A program made the translations under genes and the position numbers. Below are positions 28,058 to 41,669 of a stretch of DNA of 64,000 bases, piece by piece; position 1 is the first letter of the stretch, and every line of letters begins with the position of its first letter. This DNA is from Octopus vulgaris (taxonomy: Eukaryota), in assembly GCA_951406725.2 (NCBI GenBank), contig OX597835.1, positions 25,606,001 through 25,670,000 of the forward strand, given 5' to 3'. Under the pieces are notes generated by a model. It did not search any database. It worked only from the letters and a program-made list of their open reading frames with translations, and was not told the origin of the DNA.

Positions 28058-29114
28058 TTTAAAGTAGCTTTTTATTATATTATTCTTCTGCTGTGCATAG
28101 TTGGGACTGACTTCCGTTATTCGATTGCAATGACGATGGGGCATCGATATTTAAAGGTTTTCACCAGATATATCGGCTACAGTATTTAGTCTCACATTTA
28201 CTTTCCCTGTCGACATTCTGTGTTCAATGAAATAAGAACATTTTTAAGTACTGTCAAAGATGTAACAGTATTCTTATTATTTCAACCACGTTCTTCTTCG
28301 CTAGTGCAGTATGTGAGGTAGAATTTATTTTCATGGCGACACTTTGACTTTACCTCTGATTACTTGTTTAAAGTATCTCTCTATTTTGCTATTTTACTGT
28401 TTACAGTTTACGTTCAATTGATCAACTTGTTTCTTTTTCACTTTTGTAACTTGACACGGGAAATACGTTTTACATAACAAAATTTCGACAAATTTCTCCG
28501 ATTCCATGTTTAAAGTAGCTATTTATTTGGTCATTTTTCTGCTGTGCAATGTTAGGAATGACTTCATGATGGGGCATCAACATTAAAGGTTCTCGTAGGT
28601 TATATTGATTACCATATTTAGTCTTGTATCCATCTTATTGATTTATATTGATTTATATTTATTTAGTTACGTATTTTCAAGAGATATCTTCCTCTTAAAA
28701 AGCATAACTACCACAAGTTTTCAAATGAAGTGGCCAGTCAATTGTCTGATTGATAAATACATGTCTCCCACTAATATCTATCGGTGTAAGATTTGCCTAC
28801 GCGCGCACACACACACACACGCGCGTGCGCGTGCACACAAAAGAACACGTACTCACATACACACACACATACATACACACATGCACTCACACACATACAC
28901 ACACACACGTACACACACATATATATTCACTAAATATTTGTCTCTCGGATAATGATGGTGGTGGTAGTGGTCGTGGTGGTGACGACGACGACGACGACGA
29001 CGATGACGATGATGATGATGATGATGGTAGATGCTGACGGTGAAAATGACGATGAGGAAGAAGATGGTGGATCTTAAAGAAGACTAGCAGTAGAGATAAA
29101 CAGGTTGGAGGAGG

Positions 29115-29187
<73 letters not shown>

Positions 29188-29344
29188 AACAAAGACGATG
29201 AGGATTATGATGATGTGATGACGACGATGGGGATGATGATGACAATGGTAATGTCGATAATGTTGATGAGGTCAGTTATGATGATAGTGGTAATGGTCGA
29301 TTAAACGATGATAGAAGGACGACATCAGACGATAACGGACGATA

Positions 29345-29525
29345 GACGACGACGGACGACGTCAACGACGACGGACGACGCCAACGACGACGGACGACGT
29401 CAACGACGACGGACGGCGTCAACGACGACGGACGACGTCAACGACGACGGACGACGTCAACGACGACGGACGACGTCAACGACGACGGACGACGTCAACG
29501 ACGACGGACGACGCCAACGACGACA
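29345..29525. repeat. 19-bp CpG-rich minisatellite (ACGACGACGGACGACGTCA)n
   Basis: About nine near-perfect units upstream of exon 4. Confidence 0.9.
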
Positions 29526-29563
29526 ACAAGACAGCAACAACAAAAACGATGATGATGATGATA

Positions 29564-29623
<60 letters not shown>

Positions 29624-29650
29624 AACCATATTTATCCCTTGTGTCTCTAG

Positions 29651-29730
29651 ATATAGAAAATCTAAACATGACAAGAAACGTCAGTAAAGCGATTCTGCTG
29701 GAAGAGAAGAAGAATGATCTGATGCAACAG
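29651..29730 (+). CDS. SLC23-family transporter exon 4 (extracellular loop with NMT and NVS sequons)
   Basis: CTCTAG|(D)IENLNMTRNVSKAILLEEKKNDLMQQ|GTAAGT; 80 nt restores the frame between exons 3 and 5; glycosylation sequons where SVCTs carry them. Confidence 0.85.
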
Positions 29731-29818
29731 GTAAGTCACTTCCAATCATTTTTGACCATTGTGATATTGTGACAATCATTCCCCACCCATAAAATATGTC
29801 TCCAGTCGTATGTATGAA

Positions 29819-29895
<77 letters not shown>

Positions 29896-29899
29896 ATTC

Positions 29900-30061
29900 T
29901 CTTTATTTTTACTCTTTATTTTCTCTCCTTGTGTCTGTGTTCCTTTCTGTGGAAGAGCGTAGGCTCGAAATATTAAAGACTTTTTCACTTTCCGAGCGTT
30001 AAACTAATACATCTATTTGTTCTCTACACCACCTGTCTTCGTCTTTTTTTGTGAATTCTCC

Positions 30062-30112
<51 letters not shown>

Positions 30113-30165
30113 TGTATACACATATATATATATAATTATGTATATACATATATATATGTATGTAA

Positions 30166-30197
<32 letters not shown>

Positions 30198-30204
30198 ATA
30201 TGTA

Positions 30205-30256
<52 letters not shown>

Positions 30257-31100
30257 TATATATATATATGTATATATGTCTATATATATGTATATATGTA
30301 TGTATATACATATATATAATAAACCTTTACATAAATAAATAACGTGAAATACACGAAGGGATGAACAAAAAGACAAACGGGTCATTCAAAGCCTTCATTC
30401 TTCAGTCAGAAACTGATCCCTCATCGCAGATTTCGGCTGTTTAATTCTGAGATCCGCTCTGAATCAGCCAGCCACAGAAGGAAAGAATGCAACGCAACAG
30501 AGACGAACAAGAAACGAAAAATCTTTTTTTGGAGACAGTAACGGTTAAAAACATGGATGAGACAGGCGCCCTACGGCTTTGAGACAAAAAGAGTGACACA
30601 AAAACAATATCAGCAAGCGTGGAAAAATAATTACCTTTTCGGTGATAAGACACATGTTGACCAAGCGGCCGATGGAAACAGAATGGCTGAGGCAGCAAGT
30701 CGCAAGAGGGTAAGAGAGAGAAAGGGGTAAGAGAGAGAGGGGACCAAGGAGGGTGGAAGGTGAGGACAGAAGCAGTGACCGAGAGAGAGAGGGAGAGAAG
30801 GAATCAGAGAGGCTGGGAGAAAAAGGCGCCAAAACAATTTGGCAACGAAGCAATGGCGAAGGAAAGAAAATAGTTTAAAGACATCGTGCAAGGGTTTTGA
30901 TATGATAAACATAAAGAATATGTATAAATATAGTGAGAATTTACAAAAAAGACGAAGACAGGTGTGTAAACAACAAAGAGATGTATTAGATTAACGCTCG
31001 GGAATTGAGAAAGTTTTTTACCTTTCGAGCCTACGCTCTTCCACAGAAAGGAGCACAGAAATAAACAAGAAGAGAAAATAGAAAAAGGTTTAGTGGTTAG
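29900..31100. mobile_element. Inverted pair of Penelope-like terminal-repeat fragments (29900-30065 +, 30925-31100 -)
   Basis: CTTTCTGTGGAAGAGCGTAGGCTCGAAA and its flanks occur on both strands, adjoining TA-rich repeats. Confidence 0.6.
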
Positions 31101-31424
31101 CGATCTATCATGGCGAATGCTGGACGGAGAGGTTACACAGGAGAGCTAGGAAAAACGGGAGATAATAAAGTAGTGGTGATCCCAAAACGAAGGTGCGCGT
31201 GTGCGTGTATGTGAGACTGTATGAGCGTGTGGAAGGGGCTGGTGACATTGACGTGTGGTTGTGTGCATGTGTAGGTGTGTGGAAGATGGTGTAAGTGCTA
31301 TGTATATATATGTATATATAACGGGAAGCTTTATGAAAATAGACAAAAGACGAAGGCAAGTTTACGGAAATAAACAAAAGACGAAGGCAGGTGGAATATA
31401 TATACATACATATATACATGTATG

Positions 31425-31477
<53 letters not shown>

Positions 31478-31482
<5 letters not shown>

Positions 31483-31850
31483 AACGGCAGTTTGTCTGTG
31501 AGTGATTCTGTGTGTCTGTTTGCTTGTACCCTCACCCTGACCACGGCTTTCAACCGATTCTGATGAAACTTGACACACACATAGCCCAATGTCATAATTC
31601 AAAACTAACGCAGCGAAAATTTTGCAAAGTTCCCCCAGTTCTGAAAAAAATCGATAAATTCGACATGGGGTCGAGAATCAGAAACACAAACCGCAAACTG
31701 TCTAGGGGACGCAACTCCACCTTTTTTTACTCTCAAAAAAATTTACCATCATTTTTTTCCATTTTTTGCTATTTTTTGGCTATAACTCTCTAAAAATGCT
31801 TTATAGTTATTTCCCTTACAAACCTGAGCAACGCCGGGCGATACTGCTAG
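31478..31850 (+). mobile_element. Non-autonomous Helitron-like element
   Basis: GTCT-type repeats, then TCAACCGATTCTGATGAAACTT; GC-rich subterminal motif and a CTAG 3' end; inserted in (TA)n. Confidence 0.65.
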
Positions 31851-31870
31851 TGCATATATATATATATGTG

Positions 31871-31947
<77 letters not shown>

Positions 31948-32054
31948 GTATATAAATATATATATATATATACATATATATATCTGGGCATATTCATTCA
32001 CATACTTTTCGTCTTCTCATCGCTCTTCATCCATATTCTTCTTCACACCAACAG

Positions 32055-32236
32055 ATGACCGGAAGCCTCGTTGTGGCCGGAGCCATCCATATGGTGACCA
32101 GTGGATTTGGAATGCTTGGGCTCCTCTTACGCATCATTGGTCCCGTGACAGTTGTACCAGCGATTACCTTGGTCGGTCTCTTTGTCTACAAACCTGCCAG
32201 TAGATTCTCAGAAACCAATTGGGGAATTGCCTTATT
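32055..32236 (+). CDS. SLC23-family transporter exon 5
   Basis: AACAG|[60 protein letters not shown]..|GTAAGT; IGPxTxxPxIxLxGL motif. Confidence 0.94.
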
Positions 32237-32589
32237 GTAAGTTTGCCTGTTTTTGTTGTTGCTGTTCTTGTTGCTGTTGCGCACATCCCTGTAGTGTGGC
32301 CCTGGAAACGAGATATGAACTATGACTCCTCAGGGTTTCGATCCCACATTCTGGCGATTCTGTCGTCTTTATTAATGTGTTTATTGTTAGTATTGTTTAG
32401 CAACAAGTCAGCCTTGGTCACAAAATTTCCATTTCATCTGTTTATTTTCTTTATTTCTTTTTTACCCAAGCATAGTGTACCTATGACTGTTTTATCTGAT
32501 GTGCCCTTGATCTTTTAAAAGACGGCAAGGTTTTATACGAAGAGTGATTTTGTTGCTATTTATAGAAAACTATGCGACCAGGTGGAGAC

Positions 32590-32927
32590 CTTCTAGCATG
32601 CCCAACTGACAACAAGGTATGCGATAAGGAAGAAAGAAAAGTTGATAGGTATGACAGGTTAGTTTGGGAGGTTAGCTTGTCGATGAAAAAGGTGATAGTG
32701 GTACCAATAATTGTCGGAGCCCTGGGAACAGTGAGTAAAAATCTCGAGAAGTACATGGAACAAATAGGGGCTGCAATAAGGGTGGAGCACCTGCAGAAAA
32801 CAGCACGGCTTGGAACCGCTCGAATACTCCGGAAGGTACTCGAAAAATAAGAGGTGTTACCTTAGTTCATTGGTAGTGAATAGCTGACACCGTAGTACAT
32901 CTCCAGCGTTAGAAGCTGTGCAAGGGC

Positions 32928-32993
<66 letters not shown>

Positions 32994-33340
32994 CTAAAAC
33001 AATCCCTGTTGTCATGGGTGCCCTGGGAATGATAGCAAAAGGGGCTGATTGCTACCTAACTCAGATACCAGGAAACCCCAAAATGGCAGAAATTCAAAGG
33101 ATAGTGCTGATGGGAACTGCTCATATCCTACGCAAAATACTTTCTTTGTAATCTCAAGTTTTAAAACAAACATAATTTTCGTATGTTTTTTTTAGGCATT
33201 CACTAGTACAACACTAAGTACAAAACCAAATATATGTCACCCTAGGCATAACACCAACATGAACTTCCAACTTGTTGTCTCTTGAGGTCTCTGGGTGAGA
33301 CTTGGAGCCAGCTTGTGCAAATGTAAAGCAAAAGTCAAAC

Positions 33341-33427
<87 letters not shown>

Positions 33428-33683
33428 TCAATGATTAATGGCTTCTGGCTTAAAATCAGAAACAGAAGGATTTTTCAGAGCAGCGCAAGATCAATGCCTA
33501 CCTACAAGAAACTACCAAGCCAACATATTAAAGAACAGCAGCTGCCCATGTCGTGTATGTCAACAACAAAATGAAACCATTGATCATGTTGTCTCCAGGT
33601 GCAGTCTTCTTGCGCCTACAGTGTATCTCAACAGACATGATTGGGCTGCACAATATATTCATTGGGTCATTTGCAAAACCTGG
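32590..33683 (+). mobile_element. Three Dong/R4-like (REL-endonuclease) LINE fragments separated by (TAA)n
   Basis: KEERKVDRY..VVPIIVGALG..LQK..LGTARILRKVL*; TIPVVMGALG..IQRIVLMGTAHILRKILSL*; ETEG..AAQDQ..TRNY..CRVC..ETIDHVVSRC..RHD (CCHC knuckle). Confidence 0.85.
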
Positions 33684-34110
33684 AGATAAGGAAATAATTT
33701 ATTCTCAAACGCAGAATAATTCTGACAGAACAGCAAGAACAGGATAAAATATCCATATTTTGCTGAAAAATTTGCCAATGGCCAGCCATGAGACTCGAAC
33801 TCGCATCCCTGTGATTATCGGTGAAGTGCTTTACCATTAAGTTAAACTACCAACTGACAAATTAAATTCAATTGAATTTAACATACAGCGTCTTCTAAAG
33901 CTAGATTTATAAGTTCAACATTTACGGATTAATTTGTCAGTTGGTAGTTTACCTTAATAGTAAAGCACTTCACCGGTAACCACAAGGATGTGAGTTCGTG
34001 TCTCCTGGCTGGCTGCTGGCAAATTTTCCGCAAAATATGGATTTTTTTATCCTGTTCCTGCTGTACTATCAGTATTATTCTGCGTTTGAGAATAAATTAT
34101 TTCCTTATCT
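33684..34110. mobile_element. Palindromic element with two divergent tRNA-like arms
   Basis: About 185-bp inverted arms with a roughly 55-bp spacer; each arm has an acceptor-stem-like pairing and a GTTCG(A/T)GTCTC B box. Confidence 0.8.
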
Positions 34111-34996
34111 GTATCTTTCAATACATCTCGACGCTTCTAAAAAGCAAACTTTGTTTACATTTATCGTAATTTGAATTCAATTTTTAAAATTATTTATTCA
34201 TATATTTGTTTGTTATTACTCGTTTTAGTCTTTAAACTGCGGTCATGCTGGGACATCGCTTTGAAGAATTTTAGTCGAGCAAAACGACACTAGCACTTAT
34301 TTTCTTTTAAAACTTAATACTTAATCTATCGGTCTCATTTGCCGAACAGCTGAGTTACGACGACACAAACACCCCAACACCGGTTTTCAAGCACACACAC
34401 ACACACACACATACACCGGGATTCTTTCAGTTCCTGCCTACTAAATTCACTCACAAGGCTTTGGTCAACTAGAAGCTATAGTAGAAGACACTTGCCCGAG
34501 GTGACATGCAGTGAGACTGAACTCGGAACCTTGTGATTGGGTAACTAGCTTCGTAACCACACAGTCACGCCTCATGCCATAAAAAATGATAAAAGAAAAT
34601 CTTGCTATACCGCTTTCAAACGTTGGCACTAAGACCAATAATTTCGGGGAAGGTGGGGGTAAATTGATAATGTCAGCCTCAGTATTAGGCAAGTGCTTAT
34701 TTTATCGACCCATTAAGGATGCAAAGTCGACTTCTTCGGAATTTGAACTCAGAACGTAAAACTGCAAGAAACGCCCTCTAAACATTTTGCTCCGCTTGCT
34801 AACGATTCAGCCAGCTCGCTGTGTTAAGAAAATCTTGTTATATTAACAGGGCGGTGCTTCAGCATGACCGCAGCTGAAACGAGTAAGAGAAAAGAATAAC
34901 AGTGAATATAACTTGTTTTTTTTTAGAATTCACTTTATCAAAATTCTTAAAATTTCAAATTTAATAACAAATATTTCTTTGATTTTCTTCATTCAG

Positions 34997-35117
34997 TGTC
35001 CTCGCCCTCGGTTTGACCCTCTCCCTCTATCTTTCGAAGTGGTCACTGCCAGTTTTAGCCTGGTCAAGGAAGAAAGGATTCCATATTAAAAGGACAATGC
35101 TACACAAGACTCTGGCG
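34997..35117 (+). CDS. SLC23-family transporter exon 6
   Basis: ATTCAG|(F)VLALGLTLSLYLSKWSLPVLAWSRKKGFHIKRTMLHKTLA|GTAAGC; phases 2/0 fit. Confidence 0.9.
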
Positions 35118-35401
35118 GTAAGCTTTGGTTTAAATTCTTTTGATTGTTCCTCCAAAACTTACCATATTCCTCCCAACAAATTCAACTCCGAATTGCTTCT
35201 CGCTCAATAGTCTACACATTTTCGTATATAAAAATTTATAATATATATATATACACAAAAGAAGCAGTTTTAATTTTATTATTTGATGCTAACTATATGA
35301 CTGCGCCTGCGCGGTTGATTTGAAAACATAAATGTAGAAGTATGCAGCACACGTGGAATTTCGGTGCGTATTTGCTACTTAATTATATATTGTCTTAGAC
35401 G

Positions 35402-35467
35402 ATCCCACTGACGAAGTACCGATGAGAAATTTATTTGTTCATTAATACAGAAACTCGAGTTTGGGAT
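35402..35467 (+). ncRNA. Type I hammerhead ribozyme fold (Penelope-like element remnant)
   Basis: ATCCCA-CTGACGA-[imperfect long stem II]-GAAA-CTCGAG-TT/TGGGAT; 6-bp stem I, palindromic stem III, GUU cleavage triplet. Confidence 0.7.
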
Positions 35468-35596
35468 TAACTGTAAATAATTGTTATTTTCATTCTCTTT
35501 GAAATTATCTTTTTCGTGGTTTGGGTTTGTCTGCCCTCTCTAGGATGTAAGGTGTCGTGTAAAGGGTCGCCTCTTCTGTGTATAAGTGTTATACAC

Positions 35597-35657
<61 letters not shown>

Positions 35658-35805
35658 AGTGTATAAATAAAGTGCTTTGCTCAAGAACACAATGCAACGC
35701 CCGGTCTGGGAATCGAACCCACAATTTCACAATCACGAGTGCAACAGCCTAACCACTAAGCCATGCGCCTTCACAAATGTGTGTATATATATATATATAT
35801 ATATG

Positions 35806-35957
<152 letters not shown>

Positions 35958-36177
35958 CGAGGGGATGCTGACAATTTTCTGGGTTTAAGGGTATCGAGAA
36001 TGTCCTGGTTGGAGGCCCAACCTTCCGAGTTCTTTTAGAGGGCATAGAAAAGCTGACACCCGGCTGTCAATAAGTGTGTGAGACTGAGAAGGGGAATATG
36101 TTGAATAAAATCATAATTAAATGATCCTACAGTGATCCTTCTTTTACCCAAAGCCAGGAACTTTTAGCACCCTCTCG
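35958..36177. mobile_element. mariner-derived MITE
   Basis: Imperfect TIRs CGAGGGGATGCTGACAATTTTCTGG / CCAGGAACTTTTAGCACCCTCTCG followed by TA. Confidence 0.65.
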
Positions 36178-36294
36178 TAGAAGTATAACCAGTTTATTGT
36201 ACATAAATTTCAACAACAAGATCATATATGTACCTTTCAATGGTCACATGGGCCCTGGCTCTTACTTTCACTTTCATTTTCGTTTCTATTCCAG

Positions 36295-36451
36295 ATATTA
36301 ATATGCATTCTGGTTGGTTGGTTGGTGTGTGGTATTTTAACAGCAACCAATGTCTTCCCAAACGACCCGACACTGAAATCCTATAAAGCTCGAACCGATT
36401 CCCGAATTCACGTATTGAAGAACTTCAGCTGGTTCTATATCCCGTACCCAC
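36295..36451 (+). CDS. SLC23-family transporter exon 7
   Basis: TTCCAG|ILICILVGWLVCGILTATNVFPNDPTLKSYKARTDSRIHVLKNFSWFYIPYP|GTAAGT; ARTD and WFxxPYP motifs. Confidence 0.94.
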
Positions 36452-36583
36452 GTAAGTGTAAACTCAGCCTTAAAACTGACACTCGAAAAACAAAAAAAAA
36501 AACAACCTTTCCCCTCAAAAAACAAAAAAAACAAAAACAAAAACAATTTTATGTACCATTTAAATGCTTTAATGGATATCTGA

Positions 36584-36616
<33 letters not shown>

Positions 36617-36718
36617 TGTATGTATGTATGTATGTATGTATGTATGTATGTATGTATGTATGTATGTATGTATGTATGTATGTGTGTGTATGTATGTACG
36701 TATGTATGTATGTATGTA

Positions 36719-36749
<31 letters not shown>

Positions 36750-37061
36750 ATGCGTGTATGTATGTATGAGTGTATGTGTATATGTATGTGTATGTATGTA
36801 TGTATGTGTGTATGTATGTATGTATGTGTGTGTATGTGTATATGTATGTATGTGTGTGTATGTATGTATGAATGTATGTATGTATGTATGTATGTATGTA
36901 TGTATGTATGTATGTACGTATGTATGTATGTATGTGTGTGTATGTATGTGTATATGTATGTGTATATGTATGTATGTGTGTATTTATGAATGTGTGCATG
37001 TCTGAATGTATGTATGAGTGTATGTATAAGTGTATGTATGTATATATGTATGTATGTGTGA

Positions 37062-37376
37062 AGGCGTGTGCCCTAGTGGTTAGGGCATTCAGTTCATGAT
37101 CGTAAAGTCGTGAGTTCAATTCCCGGCGACGCGTTGTGTCTTTGAGCAAGGCATTTTATTTCACGTTGCTCAAGTCCACTCAGCTGGCAAAAATGAGTTG
37201 TAAGTGTATTTCAGTGTGACACTTTGTGTCACACTGAATCTCTCTGAGAAATACGTTAAGGGTACACGTGTTTGTGGAGTGCTCAGCGACTTGCTCGTGA
37301 AGTTAACTTCACGAGAAAGCTGTTCTGTTGATCGTATCAGCTGGGATCATCATCGTCGCAACCGACGGAGTGCTCC
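37062..37376 (+). mobile_element. CORE-type tRNA SINE; related copies at 35660-35772 (-) and 46350-46695 (-)
   Basis: tRNA head, then TTGTGTCTTTGAGCAAGGCATTTTATTTCACGTTGCTC CORE-like domain. Confidence 0.7.
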
Positions 37377-37384
37377 TATGTATG

Positions 37385-37418
<34 letters not shown>

Positions 37419-37515
37419 TGTATGTATGTATGTATGTATGCATGCATGCATGCATGCATGCATGCATGCATGTATGTATGTATGTATGTATGTATGTATG
37501 TATGTATGTATGTAG

Positions 37516-37837
37516 TCATAAAACGAGACAGATGAGTGACAACCTGGCCACTGGTGGTGGTGTAACACACCATACTAATCATATCTGCCTGGCATGTGGA
37601 AGAGAGTGTAATTCGGCAGGAAAACTTAAACGACATGCAAGGGTACATGAAGCCCAGTTACAACTACAGCCGACTATTACCAGTAAAGGTTTTAGTTGCC
37701 AATTTTGTACAAGACATTGTAGATCTTTAGCTGGGCTAAAAAATCACATTCGATCACAGCACCAGTAACAGTTAAGCTTCGTGCAATGGCCATACTCGAT
37801 AACGAGGGGGCAGCCATAATAATAATAATAATAATAA
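37516..37837 (+). mobile_element. RTE-type LINE 3' end encoding C-terminal C2H2-like fingers
   Basis: CLACGREC..LKRHARVH and CQFCTRHCRSLAGLKNHIRSQH*, then a short 3' UTR and (ATA)n tail, embedded in (TATG)n. Confidence 0.65.
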
Positions 37838-37983
37838 TGTATGTATGTATGTATGTATGTATGTATGTATGTATGTATGTATGTATGTATGTATGTATGT
37901 ATGTATGTATGTATGTATGTATGTATGTATGTATGTATGTATGTATGTATGTATGTATGTATGTATGTATGTATGTATGTATG

Positions 37984-38020
<37 letters not shown>

Positions 38021-38025
38021 GTATG

Positions 38026-38164
<139 letters not shown>

Positions 38165-38169
38165 GTCTG

Positions 38170-38200
<31 letters not shown>

Positions 38201-38205
38201 CTCTG

Positions 38206-38301
<96 letters not shown>

Positions 38302-38405
38302 CATGGATATGTACATGTGTGTATGTGTGTGCGGTCTTGTACCTATATTAAAAGCAATGTATTAAGCCGTTCTCAGATTTCCTGGTTCTTTCTTCCCTCC
38401 CACAG

Positions 38406-38659
38406 TGCAGTTCGGCTACCCGAAATTCAGTATAGGCATGTTCGTCAATTTCTTAGTGGCTACAATAATATCGATCATCGATTCAATTGGCGATTACTAC
38501 GCATGCGCTCAGATCGCTCGGGTACCGTCACCACCAGTCCATGCAGTAAACCGCGGTCTTTTCATCGAAGGCACGTGTTCGTTCTTTAATGCTTTACTTG
38601 GTGCCGGCCATGCTACTACCACCTACGGTGGGAACATCGGTATTATTGGAATGACAAAG
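38406..38659 (+). CDS. SLC23-family transporter exon 8 (TM8-TM10, NAT signature)
   Basis: CACAG|(L)QFGYPKF...IIDSIGDYYACA...PPVHAVNRGLFIEG...TTTYGGNIGIIGMTK|GTAAGT. Confidence 0.96.
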
Positions 38660-38687
38660 GTAAGTGATGGAAAGAGAAATCGCAGAT

Positions 38688-39420
<733 letters not shown>

Positions 39421-40091
39421 GAATGAGAGAGCAGAGCATGCCATCAAAGTCACACTGGGGTAAAATATACGAAGCCCAGTATACCCATCATGACTACCCG
39501 TCTGATAAGGGTACACCAGGTACATGCATCACAACGATGTGTGCGCGACATGGTGATCTCATATCAAGATAAACATCACATGACCTTGCAGGTGGGGCCC
39601 GGTTAGAATTTTCTTCTGTTCGAGTAACCCATCCAGCTCAAAAGGTCCTTGACTGAGGGTTGTTTAAGGATGCTGAACGAAACACCCATGTTTTCAAAGT
39701 GAATTATTCAAACCCCATAGAATCCCTCTCAAAACATGGCTATGATGCTCCCCGATGATTTCTGCTCGTGATCAGAGATGCACATATCGTCAGCCACCAA
39801 AGGACATGCTCAACTGGTTAAGGTCAAACAACTGACAAGCAAGTCTGTGGTATTGATCAGAATATTTGCTGTATACCATCTTTTATATCAAGACAAAACA
39901 ATGTACATAATAACACTTCCAATCAATTAAGATCAGAAGCCATGAGAGCCACTGCCTGGTTCTGCAACAGGGCATTTATTATTATTATTATTATTATAAT
40001 TCAAATAGCTCTTTTGTCTTAATAACGGTCAATCACACAGTAATTTCCCTTTGTATAACGGTTATTTTTCATAGTATTTTCTCGATGGTCG

Positions 40092-40152
40092 GATAACTGA
40101 AGAGATGGCGGCGTGGATTTCCACCTCCGCATCCGAAACTCGGTGTTTTATC
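40092..40152 (+). ncRNA. Type I hammerhead ribozyme fold (Penelope-like element remnant)
   Basis: GATAA-CTGAAGA-[GATGGCGGCGTGGA-TT-TCCACCTCCGCATCC]-GAAA-CTCGGTG-TT/TTATC. Confidence 0.65.
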
Positions 40153-40254
40153 ATGGCTACCGAATAATTGTCACATATTACATTTACAGATAAATTCGTC
40201 TATTTACATAATTTCGAGGTCTCTTTCATTCTTTTGTTGTCTTACCATTTTTAT

Positions 40255-40297
<43 letters not shown>

Positions 40298-40725
40298 CAA
40301 TTGAGGATAAAATCTTTAAAAGAAATTATCAGTAGTTAGCGTGAAAAACCTCGTAAGAGAAAAAATCCGTAAATTTTTCCACTTTGAAAATATTTATTTA
40401 TATTATATTGAGGGTACTACTATTCGTAGATACCATACGCTAAGAGGAACCAATGCGGTCAAAACTACTAAAATAAAAAAACATTTTACCGAATGCAAAA
40501 CTTCAAAGAAAATCATTTAAAAAATACTGAATTTTTATTCCGAGTAAGTAATTTGTTACCTAAAGTAAGCAATTTGTTACGCTAAAAGTGGACAGAAAAC
40601 GATTACCTATGTACCATTGTTAATATTCACGTATATGGACACACAAACATCTGCAAGATCATCAGTATAGTCTGTCATTTATGTTCTGTGTCTAGTTCTG
40701 GAAATTGTGTTTTGTAAACGACAGA

Positions 40726-40799
40726 CTATGCTGATGATCTTGCAGATGTTTGCGTATCCATATACGTAAATATTAACAAGTGAAACCAATGGTACATAG
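40726..40799 (+). ncRNA. Type I hammerhead ribozyme fold (Penelope-like element remnant)
   Basis: CTATG-CTGATGA-[long stem II]-GAAA-CCAATGG-TA/CATAG; 5-bp stem I, GUA triplet. Confidence 0.75.
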
Positions 40800-41051
40800 G
40801 TAATCGTTTAATATTTCGTATATTTTCATTTGTCTTACTTATTTTTACATTTTGTCTTTTTTGCTGAGATTTTCCTTGAGAACACATTCTTCGTGGTAAT
40901 GGCGATTTGACGTCTATGTTTAGCATATAGGCTGTCCACTTTTAGTGGTCAGTCCTCTAAATTTTGTATGTAACGCAATTTTAATCTTCGGAATTTTTAA
41001 AAATATGTTAAGCCACTGGTTTTAATTGATTAATATCAATTTCTACCCTTA

Positions 41052-41130
<79 letters not shown>

Positions 41131-41410
41131 GCATTGTAAATAAACAACGACAGGTAAACAACCGTATACGTATAAGACACAGAGGGTCCCTAATTCTTCA
41201 TCAGTTATCGTCCTGAATGGTAATACTCAGTTTCGCACCTTTAATGAAAAGACTCTTTTTTTAGCCACTCTAAATCATTGTAGGCTTTAGGTATTTTATC
41301 CCTAAATTCATTCTGATACAAATAATAGCAAAAAGAAACAATGTACTAGTCCCTAGTACTGATGAAATATTTGCTCAAAAATTATAATGGAAAAATTTAT
41401 ATGGTCGTAC

Positions 41411-41495
41411 GCATCTGAGGAGAGCGGTTTATTTCAAATTGATGTAATGTTTGCATTGATCGATTAAATGGAGCCGCTTGAAACGGCCGTAATGC
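41411..41495 (+). ncRNA. Type I hammerhead ribozyme fold (Penelope-like element remnant)
   Basis: GCAT-CTGAGGA-[GAGCGGTT...AGCCGCTT]-GAAA-CGGCCG-TA/ATGC; palindromic stem III ACGGCCGT, GUA triplet. Confidence 0.75.
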
Positions 41496-41610
41496 ACCGA
41501 TACTTGGAAAACCTTGTTACTTATTTGCTTTTTATTCTCCTAACTTCGAGGTGTGCGGACAATACTGGACAGACTTGGTGCCTCAACTTACGTACCTAAT
41601 TCAACTGAAT

Positions 41611-41667
<57 letters not shown>

Positions 41668-41669
<2 letters not shown>

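Noticed and set aside
33926-34015. Functional tRNA gene
   Set aside because: Abnormal D arm, mismatched anticodon stem and differing anticodons between the two arms; treated as a tRNA-derived repeat.
37328-37768. Possible C2H2 zinc-finger gene
   Set aside because: No TGEKP linkers, start or splice structure; followed by a short UTR and simple-repeat tail, typical of an RTE LINE 3' end.
41190-41240. Minus-strand GAAA...CTGATGA motifs (also near 12720 and 30400)
   Set aside because: Probably Penelope-like remnants, but I could not build a complete three-stem fold.
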